In this document: in pieces, positions 46,569 through 55,958 of the stretch
How positions within the stretch are numbered: the stretch's first letter is position 1
Layout of the letters: each line of letters starts with the position of its first letter
Notes under the pieces: generated by a model
Told to the model about the DNA's origin: nothing
Database searches by the model: none
What the model saw: only the letters and a program-made list of their open reading frames with translations
Position numbers and translations under genes: made by a program
Origin: Verrucomicrobiota bacterium
GTDB lineage: Bacteria > Verrucomicrobiota > Verrucomicrobiia > Limisphaerales > JAFGQR01
Direction of reading: 5' to 3'
NCBI GenBank assembly: GCA_016935555.1
Contig: JAFGQR010000022.1
Coordinates: forward strand, 15,415 to 79,414
DNA: 64,000 nt

Positions 46569-47029
46569 GTGGTCCACTCGGAATGCCGCAGCAGGCCGCC
46601 CGCAAGCCCCCCCCAGCCCCGCCAGGACTCGCCCCCGACCGGCCGGCTGCGCACAAGCCAAGTATGCGCGCGGCCCGGGGCCATGTCCAAGGCCAAACGC
46701 GCGATTCGGGCCCGGGCCGGTGCCTCCGCCGGTTGTCGGTGGCGGAGCGCGGGCTTCAGTTGCTTTTCCCCCAGATGCGATGGAGCCAAGCGAGCGACTT
46801 GCGCTGCGGCAGGCTCGGAGGCATGTTCCGCAGCGATACGCGACCGAGCGGCCAACGAAGCCCCAAGGCCCGCGGACCCCGCGGCAACACATGCCCGCTG
46901 GACGCCGACCGGGATGCCGGGAATACTCCCTCCAAAACCATGCGCCTGACGACTCCACCCGATGCCGCGGCAGACCGCCCCGGGCCCCGGGCGCCGGACG
47001 CGACCGCCAACCCGTGTGACTCCCGGCAT

Positions 47030-47512
47030 ATGAACCCGGCAAACCCCGTCCCCTCTTCGTTCCGCGGGCGCGGCGGCCTGTGGGTTGTCGCGCAGAATGT
47101 GCTCACGCTGGCCGTCGTGGCGCTCGGGGTCGTGTTTCAGGGCGACTGGAGCCGCATGCTGCTGATCAGCCTGGGCGCGGTGCTGTTTGCCGCGGGGGGC
47201 GCGGTGGGCATTGCGGGGGTGGCGGCGCTGGGCCGGAACCGGACCTCATTTCCCACGCCGGAGCGGGGCGGCGTCCTGGTGCGGCGCGGCATTTATGCGG
47301 CGATGCGGCACCCGCTTTACGCGAGCGTGATGCTGGCGTCGCTGGGCTGGGCGCTGTTGTGGCAGAGCGGCCCGGCGCTGGCCGCCGCGCTGCTGCTGAT
47401 CCCTTTGCTCGACGCCAAGGCCCGCCACGAGGAACGCTGGCTGGTGAGCCATTTCCCGGATTACCCGGATTACCAGCGGCGGGTCCGGCGGTTCATTCCC
47501 GGGATCTACTGA
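47030..47512 (+). CDS. Isoprenylcysteine carboxyl methyltransferase / PEMT-family membrane protein
   Basis: LVRRGIYAAMRHPLY, EERWL..F.DY..Y..RV.RFIP. Confidence 0.88.
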   Translation: MNPANPVPSSFRGRGGLWVVAQNVLTLAVVALGVVFQGDWSRMLLISLGAVLFAAGGAVGIAGVAALGRNRTSFPTPERGGVLVRRGIYAAMRHPLYASVMLASLGWALLWQSGPALAAALLLIPLLDAKARHEERWLVSHFPDYPDYQRRVRRFIPGIY

Positions 47513-47554
47513 GCCGGACAGGGTGGTCGACATTCGAGGTTGGACGAAGTGTCC

Positions 47555-47590
47555 AAAGACAACAGCGGGGCTGGCGCACGCCAGCCCCGC
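47555..47590 (-). terminator. Intrinsic terminator of dnaK-groES-groEL
   Basis: gcggggctggc-gcac-gccagccccgc 11-bp stem, followed on the minus strand by tgttgtcttt. Confidence 0.65.
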
Positions 47591-47626
47591 CGGTGATGGC
47601 CTCGAACAGTGTGAGGCCTCAGAAGC

Positions 47627-49267
47627 TTAATAGTCCATGTCGCCCATGCCGCCGTGTCCCGGAGGCCCGCCGGCCGGTTTCTTTTCCTTTTCGGGGATTT
47701 CCGTCACCAGGCATTCGGTGGTGAGGAGCAGTCCGGCGATGGAGGCGGCGTTTTGGAGGGCGGTGCGGGTGACCTTCTTGGGGTCCACCACCCCGGCCTT
47801 GACGAGGTCTTCGTAGTCGTCGGTGGAGACGTTGTAGCCCTCGTTGCCCTTGCGTTTCTTGACTTCCTCGACGACGACGGAGCCTTCGACCCCGGCGTTG
47901 TCGGCGAGCGCGCGGGTGGGGAACTCGACGGCGCGTTTGACGATGTCGACGCCAATCCGCTCGTCGTCGTTGGCGGGCTTGACCGTGTCGATGGCGGAGA
48001 TGCAGCGCAGGAGCGCGACGCCGCCGCCGGGCACGATGCCTTCTTCGACGGCTGCGCGGGTGGCGTGCAGGGCGTCTTCGACGCGGGCTTTTTTCTCCTT
48101 CATTTCGGTTTCGGTCGCGGCGCCGACATTGATGACGGCGACGCCGCCGGCGAGTTTGGCGAGGCGTTCCTGGAGTTTCTCGCGGTCGTAGTCGGAGGTG
48201 GTTTCCTCGATCTGGCGCCGGATCTGGTTGATGCGGCCCTGGATTTCGGAGCTCTTGCCGTAGCCTTCGACGATGGTGGTGTTTTCCTTGTCGACCACGA
48301 TGTTCTTGGCGCGGCCCAAGTCGCTCAATTCGAGGTTCTCGAGCTTGATGCCGAGGTCTTCCGTGATGCACTTGCCGCCGGTGAGGATGGCGATGTCCTC
48401 GAGCATGGCTTTGCGGCGGTCGCCGAAGCCGGGGGCCTTGACGGCGCAGCAGTTCAGGGTGCCGCGCAGTTTGTTGACGACCAGGGTGGCCAGCGCCTCG
48501 CCCTCGACTTCCTCGGAGCAGATGAGCAGGGGCTTGCCGACCTTGGCGATTTTCTCGAGCAGCGGCAGCAGGTCTTTGAGGCTGCTGATCTTTTTCTCGT
48601 AGATGAGGATGTAGGCTTCCTCAAGCTTGGCTTCCATGGTTTCGGCGTTGGTGACGAAGTAGGGGGAGAGGTAGCCCTTGTCGAACTGCATGCCTTCGAC
48701 CACCTCGAGGGTGGTTTCGATCGACTTGGCTTCCTCGACGGTGATGGTGCCGTCCTTGCCCACCTTGTCCATGGCGTCGGCGATGATTTCGCCGATGGTG
48801 GTGTCCCAGTTGGCCGACACGGTGGCGACCTGCTTGATCTCCTCCTTGTCCTTGACCTTCTTGGCAATCTTGTCGAGCTGCGTCACGGCCGCCTCGACCG
48901 CTTTGGAAACGCCGCGCTGGATGCCGATCGGGTTGGCGCCGGAGGTGACGAACTTCAGGCCTTCGCGGTAGATGGCCTCCGCGAGGACCGTCGCCGTCGT
49001 GGTGCCGTCGCCGGCGGCGTCGCTGGTCTTGCTCGCCACTTCGCGCACCATCTGGGCCCCCATGTTTTCATAGGGATCCTCAAGCTCGATTTCCTTGGCG
49101 ACGGTGACGCCGTCCTTGGTGACGGTGGGGGAGCCGAATTTTTTGTCGAGCACCACGTTGCGGCCTTTGGGGCCGAGCGTGGCGGTGACGGCTCTGGAGA
49201 GTTTGGCGACGCCGCGCAGGATGGCCTGGCGGGCGGCTTCGTCAAAGATGAGTTGTTTGGCTGCCAT
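47627..49267 (-). CDS. groEL: Chaperonin GroEL
   Basis: [34 protein letters not shown] tail. Confidence 0.99.
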   Translation of the reverse strand: MAAKQLIFDEAARQAILRGVAKLSRAVTATLGPKGRNVVLDKKFGSPTVTKDGVTVAKEIELEDPYENMGAQMVREVASKTSDAAGDGTTTATVLAEAIYREGLKFVTSGANPIGIQRGVSKAVEAAVTQLDKIAKKVKDKEEIKQVATVSANWDTTIGEIIADAMDKVGKDGTITVEEAKSIETTLEVVEGMQFDKGYLSPYFVTNAETMEAKLEEAYILIYEKKISSLKDLLPLLEKIAKVGKPLLICSEEVEGEALATLVVNKLRGTLNCCAVKAPGFGDRRKAMLEDIAILTGGKCITEDLGIKLENLELSDLGRAKNIVVDKENTTIVEGYGKSSEIQGRINQIRRQIEETTSDYDREKLQERLAKLAGGVAVINVGAATETEMKEKKARVEDALHATRAAVEEGIVPGGGVALLRCISAIDTVKPANDDERIGVDIVKRAVEFPTRALADNAGVEGSVVVEEVKKRKGNEGYNVSTDDYEDLVKAGVVDPKKVTRTALQNAASIAGLLLTTECLVTEIPEKEKKPAGGPPGHGGMGDMDY

Positions 49268-49307
49268 AAATGTGTTGGGGAGTTACGAATTGAAGGTTGC
49301 AGGGGGG

Positions 49308-49601
49308 TTATTGAATGACGCCGAGAATGTCGTCGGAGTTGAGGATCTTGAATTCCTTGCCGTCCAACTTGATCTCGGTGCCGCCGTACTTGCTGACCAG
49401 GACGCGGTCGCCGACTTTGACCTCGAACGGGATCTTCTTGCCGTCGTCATCGGTCTTGCCCGTGCCCAACGCGCGCACGATGCCTTCCGTGGGTTTTTCC
49501 TTGGCGGTGTCCGGAATGATGATGCCGCCTTTTTTCACTTCCTTCTCTTCGACGGGTTCCACGAGAACCCGGTCGCCGAGGGGTTTTAACTTGATGGCCA
49601 T
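49308..49601 (-). CDS. groES: Co-chaperonin GroES
   Basis: [31 protein letters not shown]. Confidence 0.99.
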   Translation of the reverse strand: MAIKLKPLGDRVLVEPVEEKEVKKGGIIIPDTAKEKPTEGIVRALGTGKTDDDGKKIPFEVKVGDRVLVSKYGGTEIKLDGKEFKILNSDDILGVIQ

Positions 49602-49745
49602 AGGTGGTTTTGGTGTTCCTGTTGGTGTCTTGTTTAACTTGCGGTTGAATCAGATCCCGCGGCACCCGCTGCGGGCAATCGGGAGGGCAGCCCGCCCGCC
49701 CGGGCCGCTTGAGCGGACCCCGGCGGGCATGCCGCGCCGAAAGTG

Positions 49746-51686
49746 TCATTGTTTTTTCTCATCCACAACTTCAGCATCAATAATGGGCCCTTCGTCCTTG
49801 CCGCCCCCCGGCGCGGCGTCGCCGGCGTCCCCCGGGGCCGCGCCGGGGGCCGCCCGGCCGGCCTTGGCCTTTTCGGCGGCCGCCTTGTAGAGCTCGCCCG
49901 ACACGGCCTGCCACGCCTCGTTGAGCTTGTCGCTCGCCGCCTTGATCGCGTCGCTGTCGCCGCCCTTGAGCGCCTCCCTTACCGCCGCAATCGCCCCCTC
50001 GATGCTGCGCTTGCTCGCGTCCGAAATCTTGTCGGCATTGTCCTTGAGCATCTTTTCGGACCGGTAGACGGCGCTGTCGGCCTCGTTGCGCGCCTCGACC
50101 TGCTCGCGCTGCTTGCGGTCATCGGCCTCGTGGGCTTCGGCGTCCTTGCGCATCCGGTCGATCTCGTCCTTGCCCAGGCCGCTGCTGGCGGTGATGGTGA
50201 TCTTCTGCTCCTTGCCGGTGCCGAGGTCCTTGGCGCTGACGTGCAAAATCCCGTTGGCGTCGATGTCGAACGTGACTTCGATCTGCGGCACACCCCGGGG
50301 GGCCGGGGGAATGTCCGTGAGATGAAACTTGCCGATGGTCTTGTTGTGGGCGGCCATCTGGCGTTCGCCCTGGAGAACGTGGATTTCGACCCCCGGCTGG
50401 TTGTCGGAGGCGGTGGAGAAAATCTCCGATTTGCGGGTGGGGATGGTGGTGTTGCGCTCGATGAGGCGCGTGAACACGCCGCCCAGCGTTTCAATGCCGA
50501 GGGAGAGCGGGGTGACATCCAGCAGCAGCACATCCTTGACCTCGCCCTTCAAAACGCCGCCTTGAATGGCCGCGCCGACCGCGACTACTTCATCGGGGTT
50601 GACGCCCTGGTGCGGAGCCTTGTTGACCATGGCGTGGGCGGTTTCGACGACGCGCGGCATGCGGGTCATGCCCCCGACCAGCACCAGCTCGTCGATCTTG
50701 TCAGCCGGAATGCCGGCGTCCTTCAAACACGCCCGCACCGGCGTGACGGTGCGCTCAAACAGGTCGTCGCAAAGCTGCTCGAGCTTCGCGCGCGTGAGTT
50801 TCGTGCTGATGTGCTTCGGTCCGCTGGCATCGGCGGTCACAAAGGGCAGGTTGATTTCGTATTGCTGGGCGCTGGACAACGCAATCTTGGCCTTCTCGGC
50901 TTCCTCCTTGATCCGCTGCACCGCGTCCGGCTGCTTCCGCAAATCCATCCCGTGCTCCCGCTTGAACTCGTCAATCACCCAATCCATGATCCGCGCATCC
51001 CAGTCGTCCCCCCCAAGGTGCGTGTCGCCGTTGGTGGCCTTCACCTCAAACACGCCGTCGCCAATCTCCAGCACCGAAATGTCAAACGTGCCCCCGCCAA
51101 GATCGTACACGGCGATTTTCTCGTCTTTTTTCTTGTCCAAACCGTAGGCCAGGGAGGCGGCGGTGGGCTCATTAATGATCCGAAGCACGTCGAGACCTGC
51201 GATCCGGCCCGCGTCTTTCGTGGCTTGCCGCTGCGAATCGTTGAAATAAGCCGGCACGGTGATCACCGCCTGGGTGATTTTCTCGCCCAACCGCACCTCC
51301 GCATCCGTCTTGAGCTTTGTCAGAATCATCGCGGAAATCTCCGGCGGACTCAGCACTTTCGGGCGCCCATCGACCTCCACTTCAACCGCGGCATCGCCGT
51401 TGGCCGACCGCACCACCTTGTACGGAACACGCTTCAGTTCCTCGCTCACTTCATCATACTTGCGTCCCATGAACCGCTTGATCGAGTAGACCGTGTTCCT
51501 TGGGTTTGTGACAGACTGGCGCTTCGCAGCGTCGCCAACCAACCGTTCGCCGCTCTTTGTGAAGGCCACCACGGATGGTGTCGTGCGTTTTCCCTCGGAG
51601 TTTTCAAGTACCACTGGCTCACCGCCTTCCATGATAGACATGCAGGAGTTGGTGGTTCCCAGGTCAATCCCTAAAACTTTTGCCAT
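49746..51686 (-). CDS. dnaK: Chaperone DnaK
   Basis: [35 protein letters not shown]. Confidence 0.99.
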   Translation of the reverse strand: MAKVLGIDLGTTNSCMSIMEGGEPVVLENSEGKRTTPSVVAFTKSGERLVGDAAKRQSVTNPRNTVYSIKRFMGRKYDEVSEELKRVPYKVVRSANGDAAVEVEVDGRPKVLSPPEISAMILTKLKTDAEVRLGEKITQAVITVPAYFNDSQRQATKDAGRIAGLDVLRIINEPTAASLAYGLDKKKDEKIAVYDLGGGTFDISVLEIGDGVFEVKATNGDTHLGGDDWDARIMDWVIDEFKREHGMDLRKQPDAVQRIKEEAEKAKIALSSAQQYEINLPFVTADASGPKHISTKLTRAKLEQLCDDLFERTVTPVRACLKDAGIPADKIDELVLVGGMTRMPRVVETAHAMVNKAPHQGVNPDEVVAVGAAIQGGVLKGEVKDVLLLDVTPLSLGIETLGGVFTRLIERNTTIPTRKSEIFSTASDNQPGVEIHVLQGERQMAAHNKTIGKFHLTDIPPAPRGVPQIEVTFDIDANGILHVSAKDLGTGKEQKITITASSGLGKDEIDRMRKDAEAHEADDRKQREQVEARNEADSAVYRSEKMLKDNADKISDASKRSIEGAIAAVREALKGGDSDAIKAASDKLNEAWQAVSGELYKAAAEKAKAGRAAPGAAPGDAGDAAPGGGKDEGPIIDAEVVDEKKQ

Positions 51687-51720
51687 ATGTCCAGCTGTTA
51701 AAAATTCGTGAATGAACTTA

Positions 51721-51737
51721 AGCAACCGTGATGCCGA
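51721..51737 (-). promoter_or_regulatory. Sigma-54 (-24/-12) promoter for the dnaK operon
   Basis: Minus strand TCGGCATCACGGTTGCT: GG-N10-GC with TTGC, 35 nt upstream of the dnaK ATG. Confidence 0.7.
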
Positions 51738-51813
51738 ACACTATAAAAATGTCTAAAGACTTAAGCATGAGTAAGATACAAATAACGTTCGCGTTTTTTC
51801 GACTCCTTGTTGG

Positions 51814-51838
51814 TGTGACATAGAGTCACAATGTCACA
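51814..51838. promoter_or_regulatory. Palindromic site, candidate activator (UAS) binding site
   Basis: TGTGAC-atAGA-GTCACA perfect inverted repeat plus an extra TGTCACA half-site, about 80-100 bp upstream of the -24 element. Confidence 0.5.
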
Positions 51839-51883
51839 ATACCCCAGTTTGTGTCCGTGGTTGCGATTCAACCCGTCGAACAC

Positions 51884-53764
51884 TCATCCCAGACGTTTCA
51901 TCCAAACCATCAGCAATCCCAAATCAGCAGGTGTGACTCCGGAAATTCTAGAGGCTTGTCCGATTGTGACTGGCCGTATTTTGGTGAGTTTGAGGCGTGC
52001 CTCTGTTCTGAGGCCGAGCACCTTGTCGTAGTCGAATGATTCGGGAATGGGCTTCTGTTCGAGGCTCTTGAACTTTCTGATTTCGACCTCTTGGCGTTGG
52101 ATGTAACCGGCGTATTTGATTTCGGTTTCGACTTGGTTGATTTCGTCCTCAGTCAGGCACGGGTTATTGGAGGGGAGGTTTCTGTAGGTGACCTCTGGCC
52201 GTTTCAAGATATCTGCAAGGATCTGGCCATTGACGCGGCTCGAGGTTAATCTTTGGATTTCTTCGGAGATTCGGGTGCGTTTGTTTTGGAATTGCCGGTA
52301 GTTCCTTGGTGGGAGCAATCCGACATCGAATCCGATATCGCACAATCGCATGTCGGCGTTGTCTTGTCGCAGCAAGAGCCTGTATTCAGCGCGGGAAGTG
52401 AACATGCGGTAAGGTTCGGTGGTGCCTTTTGTGACCAGGTCATCAATTAGGACTCCGATGTACGATTGATCTCGTGTGAGCACGACAGGTTCTTTGGCAT
52501 GGACGCGCCTGGCGGCGTTGATGCCGGCCATGAGTCCTTGGGCTCCTGCTTCTTCATAACCTGAAGTGCCGTTGATTTGTCCTGCCAGATAGAGGTTGCG
52601 GCAGGCTTTGGTTTCCAATGATGGCAGCAATTGGGTTGGGAATGCGAAATCGTATTCGATCGCGTAGGCAGGACGCATGATTTCGGCGTTCTCGCATCCC
52701 ACAATGCTCCGAACCATCTCAACCTGAATTTCATATGGGAGCGATGTTGAGAACCCGTTGACATAGATCTCTTCGGTGGCGATTCCCTCAGGTTCAAGGA
52801 AAAGCTGTTGCCTGGGCTTGTCAGGAAACCGCATGATTTTATCTTCGATCGATGGGCAGTAGCGCGGGCCTATGCCTTGGATGACGCCTGAGAACAGAGG
52901 CGACTTGTCGAGATTTGCCCTGATGATCTGGGCGGTTTTTTCGGTGGTGTACGTCACGTAGCATGGAAGCTGACCTGGAAGTCGGTCCAAAATCGAACCC
53001 GGAGGGTATGCCGTCCGGATATTCGATGTTCCACTCTTGTGAGGATGTTCCACGTGGAACAAATCATCAGCCCAGAATGAAAAGAATGGCACCGGTTCAT
53101 CGCCCGCCTGGGGGCTGGTTTTCGAAAAGTCAATTGACTTGCGATTCAGTCTTTGCGGTGTGCCGGTTTTCAAGCGTCCGAGCTCGATTCCCGCACTTTT
53201 CAATGACGCGGAAAGTCCTGAGGCCGATTCCTCACCTGTTCTGCCACCTTGCTGCCTGTTCAACCCAATGTGAATCAATCCCCTCAGGAATGTTCCGGTG
53301 GTTAGGATGACGGTTGCAGAGTGGTATTGAATGCCAAAGGTTGTTTCCACTCCGTGCACCTGGCCGTCCTTGTGTAATATGGCTGAAGCTTGACCTTGTT
53401 TTACGTCCAGATTATTCTCCTGTTCGCATACCCACTTCAGCCTGAATTGGTATGCCTTCTTGTCGCATTGCGCTCTTGGAGCGCGCACCGAGGGGCCCTT
53501 CTTCAGATTCAGCATCCGGAACTGAAGCCCGGTCATATCGGTGTTTTTGGCCATCTCACCTCCCAAGGCGTCGATTTCTCTCGCAAGATGCCCCTTAGCC
53601 AGCCCTCCAATGGCTGGGTTGCAGGACATTTGCGCGATGGTATCAAGATTCATGGTCAGTAAGAGGGTGGTCAGTCCCATCCTTGCCGTGGCCAATGCCG
53701 CCTCCGTACCTGCATGGCCGCCTCCCACAACAACGACTTCGTATTTCTTGGGGTATACGTACAT
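51884..53764 (-). CDS. mnmG: tRNA uridine-5-carboxymethylaminomethyl modification enzyme MnmG (GidA)
   Basis: VVVGGGHAG, MSCNPAIGG, RLKTGTP, GPRYCPSIEDK, AGQINGTSGYEEA, EPYRMFTSRAEYRL. Confidence 0.97.
   Translation of the reverse strand: MYVYPKKYEVVVVGGGHAGTEAALATARMGLTTLLLTMNLDTIAQMSCNPAIGGLAKGHLAREIDALGGEMAKNTDMTGLQFRMLNLKKGPSVRAPRAQCDKKAYQFRLKWVCEQENNLDVKQGQASAILHKDGQVHGVETTFGIQYHSATVILTTGTFLRGLIHIGLNRQQGGRTGEESASGLSASLKSAGIELGRLKTGTPQRLNRKSIDFSKTSPQAGDEPVPFFSFWADDLFHVEHPHKSGTSNIRTAYPPGSILDRLPGQLPCYVTYTTEKTAQIIRANLDKSPLFSGVIQGIGPRYCPSIEDKIMRFPDKPRQQLFLEPEGIATEEIYVNGFSTSLPYEIQVEMVRSIVGCENAEIMRPAYAIEYDFAFPTQLLPSLETKACRNLYLAGQINGTSGYEEAGAQGLMAGINAARRVHAKEPVVLTRDQSYIGVLIDDLVTKGTTEPYRMFTSRAEYRLLLRQDNADMRLCDIGFDVGLLPPRNYRQFQNKRTRISEEIQRLTSSRVNGQILADILKRPEVTYRNLPSNNPCLTEDEINQVETEIKYAGYIQRQEVEIRKFKSLEQKPIPESFDYDKVLGLRTEARLKLTKIRPVTIGQASRISGVTPADLGLLMVWMKRLG
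53046..53061. other. parS centromere site
   Basis: Perfect palindrome TGTTCCACGTGGAACA matching the widespread parS consensus TGTTNCACGTGNAACA. Confidence 0.88.
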
Positions 53765-53811
53765 AAACCTTAATGGTCGCCCGTTACGCCGACCACGCAC
53801 CAACACTCGCC

Positions 53812-55920
53812 TCATCCATTTTCAACAACTGCTTCGCCACGCACTTCCAAATTCTCTGCCATTGAGCGAAAGGCGCCCACTGCAAAAATGAGCGGATACA
53901 GCTTCTCAAAATACCAAAGTTTCGCAAAGTAGAAACCGATGGGCGTCGGGTTTGGGATTGGATTCCGATCCAATTCGGCCATCAGCCAATCGGCTCCGCG
54001 GCGGATTGCGATGCGCCTTTGGCCGGCTTGGTCTGCCGCGCATGGCGCCGCCGCCATGGCCGACAGCGCTTCGAGGACAAGCGCCGTTTCCTCGACGGAC
54101 GCCGGCCCCTTCACAGAACCGCCCCAGCTGCCGTCCGCGTGCTGGGCCGCCATCAGCCACCGTGCCCCGGCTTCCATGCGCCGCGCGGGGCCGGGCACGG
54201 CATTACGATTAGATATACTTATATTTTTTATTAATCGTATAAAATCTCGAAATCTTTCTGCGGCCCCGCGCCGCGCCCGCAGCCCGCGGATCGCGGCCAG
54301 CCCCAGCAGCACCCGCGAGGTGCCGTAAGCCGGGTTCCGGTCGTCCGGCGCCCACGGGCTTCCAAACCACAGGGGCTCCCAGGAGCCGTCCGGCCGCTGG
54401 ACGCGCGCCAGGAAGGCCCCCGCCCTTCGAATGGCCCGGTCCAGGCGCCGCAGCAGGGGCCGCGGCAGCAGGGGCCGCCACGCCATCCATGCCCGCAGGG
54501 CGTGCGCCGTGATGTCCGCGCTGCTGCGGTCGAACGGCAGATGGCCCCATCCGCGGCAAAACGTGGCGATGCCCCCGTCGCCGTTCTGCAACCCGATCAG
54601 CCACCGGACGCCCGCCGTTGCGGCCGCCCGGACTTCGGGGTCTGACGGCGCGAGCCGGTGCAACGCCAGCAGCGCCCCGGCGGTGTCGTCGGCATCCGGC
54701 ACGCCCCCGGGCAGGTCCGTCCACGCCCATCCGCCGGGTGGCGCGTGTGTGTAGGGGTGGGTTCGGGTGTGTTGTTGGGCCAGGAGCCAGCACCGGAGCT
54801 GCTGGCGCCATGCCTCCCGGCCGGGGGCGGGATGATCAGGCGGGTTTTGGGCGTGCGGGCCGGGGTGGGGGTGGCGGCAGGCGGGGGACGGCGGCTCCTG
54901 GGCGGGTGGCTGGGTCCAAATGTCTGGCGGCAGTGCGTTGACGGCGAGGGTCGTGAGCCACGTGGCCAGGTTGGTGTCAATCGGCCAGCTGCCGTCGGGC
55001 CGCTGGGCGCGTTTGAGAAACTCGATGCCGCGGCGGGTGACGGGGTGACTGGCCTGTCCGCTGGCGGCGAGGCTCATGGCGACGAAACTCGTCAGGGGCG
55101 GCGCTTCCAGGAAACCGCCGTTGGACGGCTGGATGCGTTCCAGGATGGCGAGCGTGCGCCCTCGCAGCAGGGTGCGCAGGGTGCGGGTGAGGGGATTTGG
55201 GGAGGGGAGGTGGTGGTGGCGGGCCTGACCGATGGCGATAAGGGCGGGAAGGGCGTAACTGACGACTGGGAATCGAAGCCAGGAGAACAGCCGGGCTGGG
55301 AATGCAGCCAGTTCGAAGGGCAGCGGGAGGACATGCCGCCAGGCAGAGGGTCCGGAACCGAGTTTTCCGGCGAGTGCGCACATGGTGAGGATAGGGATGG
55401 AGAACGTGCGATCTTTGCCGTAGCGCCGGAGGATTGCTGTTGCAAGTCTCTCGGGATCAATATGTTCCAAATTATTCCTGAGCCATGCCTCCGCGCGTAC
55501 CACCGTCTCTGAGCAATCCAAGTCCAGTCCCGCGTGCGCAACAGCGCCGAAGGCAGCCCAACCCAGGGTGGTTGTGCTCAGGTTGCTGGCGCTGGCTGTG
55601 GTGTCGCCCCACCCCCCGTCGGCATTCTGATGGCTGGCGAGCCAGGCCAATCCGGTCCGGATGCGGCCGGCGAGTTCGGGATTGGGGCTGACGTCGGCGG
55701 GGGGATTGTTGGGGCTGGGGCGGGAGGTGTTGGGCGGGGTGGGGGGGCTGGGATTCTGCTGATAGACGGCGAGGGCGGTGATTGCGGTGGCGGTGGAAAG
55801 GGGGCTGCTGGACAGTTCGCCGACCCAATGGCCTTCGGGACCGAGGGCGGCCAGCAAGTGGCGGGTTGCGTGTGCGAGGTTTCGCTCCAACCGGCTTTTG
55901 GAGGATGCATGATGGGCCAT
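53812..55920 (-). CDS. Squalene-hopene cyclase-like terpene cyclase
   Basis: QW repeats (QNADGGWG, QRPDGSW, QNGDGG, QHADGSWG), GGWAW, catalytic DADD (DxDD), IGFYFAKLWY. Confidence 0.88.
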   Translation of the reverse strand: MAHHASSKSRLERNLAHATRHLLAALGPEGHWVGELSSSPLSTATAITALAVYQQNPSPPTPPNTSRPSPNNPPADVSPNPELAGRIRTGLAWLASHQNADGGWGDTTASASNLSTTTLGWAAFGAVAHAGLDLDCSETVVRAEAWLRNNLEHIDPERLATAILRRYGKDRTFSIPILTMCALAGKLGSGPSAWRHVLPLPFELAAFPARLFSWLRFPVVSYALPALIAIGQARHHHLPSPNPLTRTLRTLLRGRTLAILERIQPSNGGFLEAPPLTSFVAMSLAASGQASHPVTRRGIEFLKRAQRPDGSWPIDTNLATWLTTLAVNALPPDIWTQPPAQEPPSPACRHPHPGPHAQNPPDHPAPGREAWRQQLRCWLLAQQHTRTHPYTHAPPGGWAWTDLPGGVPDADDTAGALLALHRLAPSDPEVRAAATAGVRWLIGLQNGDGGIATFCRGWGHLPFDRSSADITAHALRAWMAWRPLLPRPLLRRLDRAIRRAGAFLARVQRPDGSWEPLWFGSPWAPDDRNPAYGTSRVLLGLAAIRGLRARRGAAERFRDFIRLIKNISISNRNAVPGPARRMEAGARWLMAAQHADGSWGGSVKGPASVEETALVLEALSAMAAAPCAADQAGQRRIAIRRGADWLMAELDRNPIPNPTPIGFYFAKLWYFEKLYPLIFAVGAFRSMAENLEVRGEAVVENG

Positions 55921-55958
55921 GGAGCCAGGGGGTTTGCGGGGAGGACCCTGGAACGCCG

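Noticed and set aside
46569-47042. N-terminal sensor domain for the histidine kinase
   Set aside because: Arg/Gly/Pro-rich low-complexity translation with no TM or sensor signature; treated as intergenic.
51687-51883. CIRCE element upstream of dnaK
   Set aside because: No TTAGCACTC-N9-GAGTGCTAA-like inverted repeat found.
51700-53900. Low-GC region as a prophage or genomic island
   Set aside because: Contains only the core gene mnmG, has gradual borders, and shows no integrase, att sites or mobile genes.
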